Positions 59,945-64,000 of a DNA stretch of 64,000 nt are shown in pieces. Position numbers and translations under genes: made by a program. The stretch comes from Mobula hypostoma (lineage: Eukaryota), in NCBI RefSeq assembly GCF_963921235.1, contig NC_086097.1, forward strand, positions 74,712,001 to 74,776,000, given 5' to 3'. The notes under the pieces were generated by a model. The model was not told the DNA's origin, did no database searches, and saw only the letters and a list, made by a program, of their open reading frames with translations. Positions within the stretch are counted from its first letter, which is position 1; each line of letters starts with the position of its first letter.

Positions 59945-62110
59945 TGACAAAGCCCCTTGCATATCACCAACCAAAGGACTGCGGCATTTAAATTAGATGA
60001 CACCAACCTTTACAAGGAATCGAGATACGACCTTTGTAAAGCTATCAGGAAAGAGACAACACCAGTCCAAAATAGAGTCCCAGACCAGCCGTCATTTGTG
60101 GCAGGGCTTCATGCTATAGCAGGCCACAAGACAGAGGCAGCATTGCCAACAACAGTGCATCCCTTTCTGATGAGCTTAATACATTCTATGCATGTTTTGA
60201 ACAGAAGGGGATTGGAACGTCATCATCCAACCCAACAGTCTCCAATGTACCTGAGCCTACATTTGCTGTTGCGCACATAAGGTCAGCCTTCTGGAGAGTG
60301 AACCCGCAGAAAGCATTTGATTTGGATGGGGTCCCTGGCTGGTTCCTTGAATCCTATGTTGATCAGCTGGCGGAGATATCTGCAGACATTTTTAACCTCT
60401 CCCTGCTTCAATTCCTTCTTTAAGAAGATCAATCCCACCTGCTTTAAGAAGACTACTATCATCGTGGTACCTAAGAAAATACAAAGTAGCATGCCTTAAT
60501 GAACACCTCCCAGTGGCTCTAACATCCACCATTATGAAGTGATTCAAAAGGCTGGACATGGCATACATTAACTTCAGCCTCCAAGACAAACTTAACCCAT
60601 TGCAGTTTGCCTACCACCAAAATGACAGATACCATCTCCTGGGGCCTTGTCATGATCAGTCCGTGAAATCCGCATTCCGGTTCACGGTCCGGTCCATGTT
60701 CCTTATCCAGGTTTTCCGGTTTTCCTCTGTTTCTGTTGAGGCAGCTGATTCTCGTTTGGGCTGGCTTCATAAATACCTTCAGGATTCAGCCTCTGGCTGC
60801 TGGGTTGTTCTTGTTCTCACCCCCTGTCTCAATCCCTTCCCTGTCCCTTCCTCCTGATGTCTTGCTATGCCCCTGCAACCTGTGTCTGAAGCCTTCCCTC
60901 ACCTTGCCTCGTCTGAAGTTTTGCCTCACCTGTAACCCTCGCCTGCACCGCTGTCAAGTTCAATCGCCAGAGCAAGAAAAGGAACTGTCTGTCTTTGTTT
61001 TGAACTGTCTCTGTGACCACGCCTTCACTAGGTAGGTCTGGCTGTTTGCCGCTACCTAGTGTTGGGATCTGTCTTTGTGTCCTCGCCTTCGCTAGGTAGG
61101 TCCGGCCGTTTGCCGCTACCTAGTGTTGGGAACCATCTATATCCACACCTTTGCTAGGTAGGTCCAGCCGTCTGCCGCTGCCTTGTGTTGAGAACCGTCT
61201 CGTCGTATTCTGTATTCTGTGTACGAGTCCCAGCCCTATGTCCTGTTTCCAAGGAGGGGTCCTGGCTCTGTGTTCCATGTTCCTGTCTCTCCCTCAACCT
61301 AGTCAAGGCTTCAGGGTCTCGTCCAGTCCTAGCCACGTCCAAGAACCTTATCCTGTCCTGGCCACAGCTTTGTGTTCTCGTCTCGTCCATGTGCCTCGCC
61401 CAGCCCAGGAGTACCTTTCCCAGCCCAGTGCTGGAGATTTCTCGTCCTGGGCTGGAGTTCCCTCATCCTATCCTGGAGTCTCTTGTTCCATTCCATAGCC
61501 ACGCCACGTCCTATAGCCTCGTCATGTCCTCGCCTAGTTCTGGAGTCCGAGCCCGAGTCAAGACCCAGTTTCTGGGTCCTTGTCCAGTCTCTGGCTCGGA
61601 GCTCGAGCCCAGGCTCCTAGTTCCAAGTTCCATGCCCTGGTTCTGCTACCTTAGTCAAGTCCTAGCCCAGGCCCTGTATCCTTGTCTCGTCCAGGCCCTG
61701 TGTCATGTCCAGCGTCCTTTCTTCCCCACTTCCCTTGCTTTCTTGACTACCTAGTCCTATTCCTTGTACTTCAGTGTCTGTGTCTTGCAGTTGTGTTCAC
61801 CTCCCAGCGCCCCCATTATGACAGGCCTACACTCATCTTTGGAACATCTGGACAGTAAAGACATTTATGCTAAACCATTGTTTATTGAATATAGCTTCAT
61901 CTTCAGTACTCAATACTTCCATTTGCAATTGGGTCCTTAATTTCCTCACCAACAGGTTACAATCAATAAAGATAATCAACAGCTCCACCATGATTATCCT
62001 CAACACTGGTGGCCCACAAGATTGTGGCCTCACTCCGTTACTCTACTCCCTTTACACTTGCAACTGTGTGGTCAAATTCTACTCAGTCAAGTTTACAGAT
62101 GATACCATCA
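59945..62110 (+). mobile_element. Degenerate Rex1/Babar LINE fragment split by a solo LTR
   Basis: PTCFKKTTI..VPKK, LNPLQFAY. The [14 protein letters not shown] motif is restored when 60648-61823 and one TSD copy are removed. Confidence 0.82.
60648..61823. mobile_element. Solo LTR (1176 bp), probably Ty3/Gypsy- or BEL-type
   Basis: Termini TGTCAT...ATGACA, exact 5-bp TSD ggcct (60643-47, 61824-28), TATA-like cataaata at about 60768, no gag/pol. Confidence 0.85.
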
Positions 62111-62139
62111 TTTCATCAGACTCTTATGCTGAAATAAGT

Positions 62140-64000
62140 TTATAGCTGGGAGTTTAATGACCAAGGATACACATTGTATCAAAAGGATAGGCAGGAAAGC
62201 AGCGGGGATGGCATGGCTCTGTTGGTAAAAATGAAATTAAATCATTAGAAAGAGGTGACATAGGGCCGGAAAGTGTTGTATCATTGTGAATAGAGCCAAG
62301 GAACTGCAAAAGTAAAAAGACTCTGATGGGAGTTGTATACAAACTCCTAAACAGTAGTAAGGATGTTGTCTACAAATAACAACGGGAAATAGTAATTGCA
62401 TGCCAAAAGAGTAATGTTACAATAATCACGGGGGATTTCAATATGCAGGTACATTGAGAAAATCGGGTTGGTGCGGTATTTCAAGAGGGAGAATTTCTAG
62501 AATGCCTATGAGATGTATATAATATTGTATCATTTCTTAATGCATGCATTACTAAATGACAATAAAAGAGGACTGCTTGTCTTCATAATCTAAGATGGCT
62601 TGTTAAAGCAGCTCATGGTTGATTCCACTGGTGGATCAGCTATTCTGAATTGGCTGTTGTGCAATGAAGGGGAATTGATCGGAAAGCTTAAGGTAAAAGT
62701 ATCTTAAGGTAAAAGTGATCATAATATGATTGAATTCACCCTGAAATTGGAGAAGGAGAAGCTAAAGTCAAATTTATCAGTATTACAGTAGAGTAAAGGG
62801 AATTCCAGAGGCATGAGAGAGGAGTTGACCAGAATTAATTGGAAAAGTAACACTGGCAGGGATGACAGCAGAGCAGCAATGGCTGGAATTTCTGGAAGTA
62901 ATTCAGATCACACAGGATATATGTATATCCCAAACAGGGGGAAGTATTCTAAAGGCAAGATGACATGACCATGGCTAACAAGAGAAGTCAAAGCCAACAT
63001 AAGTGAGGGCATATAATAGAGCAAAATTTAGTGGGAAGTTAGAGGATAAGAAAACTTTTAAAAACCAATAGAAGGCAACTTTGAAAAATCATTAAGAAGG
63101 TAAAAATGGAATATGAAATTAAGGTAGCCAATAATATTAAAGGGGATACCAAAAGTTTCTTCAGATACATGAAGTGTAAAAGAGAGGCAGGAGTGGATGT
63201 CGGATTGCTGGAAAACGATGCTGTAGTGGTAGTAATGGGGGACAAGGAAATGGTGGACGAAATGAATAAGTACTTTGCATCAGTCTTCACCGTGGAAGTT
63301 CCAGGTGTCAGGGGCTGTGAAGTATGTGAAGTTACCATTACTAGAGAGAAGGTTCTTGGGAAACTGTAAAGTCTACAGGTAGATAAGTCACCTGGAACAG
63401 ATGGTGTACACCCCAGGGTTCTGAAGGAGGTGGCTGTAGAGCTTCTGGAGGCATTAGTAATAATCTTTAAAGATTCGTTAGACTCTGGAATGGTTCTGGA
63501 AGATTGGAAATTTGCAAATGTCACTCCATTCTTCAAAAAGGGAGACAGGCAGAAGAAAGGAAATTATAGGCGAGTTAGTCTGACCTCAGTGGTTTGGAAG
63601 ATGTTGGAGTTCATTGTTAAGGATGTGGTTTGGGGATACTTGGAGGCACATGATAGAATAGGCCATAGTCAGCATGGATTCCTCAAGGGAAAACCAGAGG
63701 GGAATCGGTTGATGTTGAGTACTCTCATTTTCAGAAGGTCTTTGACAAGGTGCCACACATGAAGCTGCTTAACAAGTTACAAGCTGTAATATTACAGGAA
63801 AGAATCTAGCATGGATAAAGCAATGACTGATTGGCAGGAGGCAAAGAGTGGTAATAAATGGAGTCTTTTCTGGTTGGCTGCCAATGATTAGTGGTGTTCC
63901 ACAGGGGGCTGTGGTGGGGCCGATTCTTTTTACGTTATACATCAATGGTCGAATTGATGGCTTTGTTGCAGAGTTTGCAGATGGTACAAAGATAGGTGAA
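62140..64000 (+). mobile_element. CR1 ORF2, degenerate, runs off the window; contains a 77-bp LINE-tail insertion (62516-62592)
   Basis: GDFN, SDHN, KSFFRY, NYRRVSLTS, SQHGF. The insertion is bounded by TSD agatg (62511-15, 62593-97) and ends aataaaag..taatcta. Confidence 0.88.

Noticed and set aside
40100..64000. MEIS2 exons
   Set aside because: No recognisable MEIS coding sequence; the synteny is only an expectation.

Overview
Vertebrate nuclear DNA, probably a cartilaginous fish (inferred only from the repeat repertoire). The one recognisable host gene is the 3' end of CDIN1 (C15orf41, a PD-(D/E)XK-type nuclease) on the + strand. It has a 106-bp internal exon (7841-7946) and the terminal coding exon (39574-39724), separated by a 31.6-kb intron. 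Much of the rest is nested transposable elements: CR1 LINEs (one very young, 15036-18988), Rex1/Babar LINEs, an L1 fragment running into a 200-N gap, an RTE remnant, tRNA-derived SINEs, two Tc1/mariner MITEs, a solo LTR and many Penelope-like elements (PLEs). The most interesting signal is non-coding. About ten PLE termini carry a minimal hammerhead-ribozyme motif. One subfamily shares a non-canonical core (CUGC.. instead of CUGA..), and the motif also travels as tiny or fold-back insertions with 13-15-bp target-site duplications (TSDs). There is also a 39-bp minisatellite with a 78-bp higher-order period, and several TE-free blocks that may be conserved enhancers of the CDIN1-MEIS2 neighbourhood. 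All family assignments come from motif recognition, not database searches.
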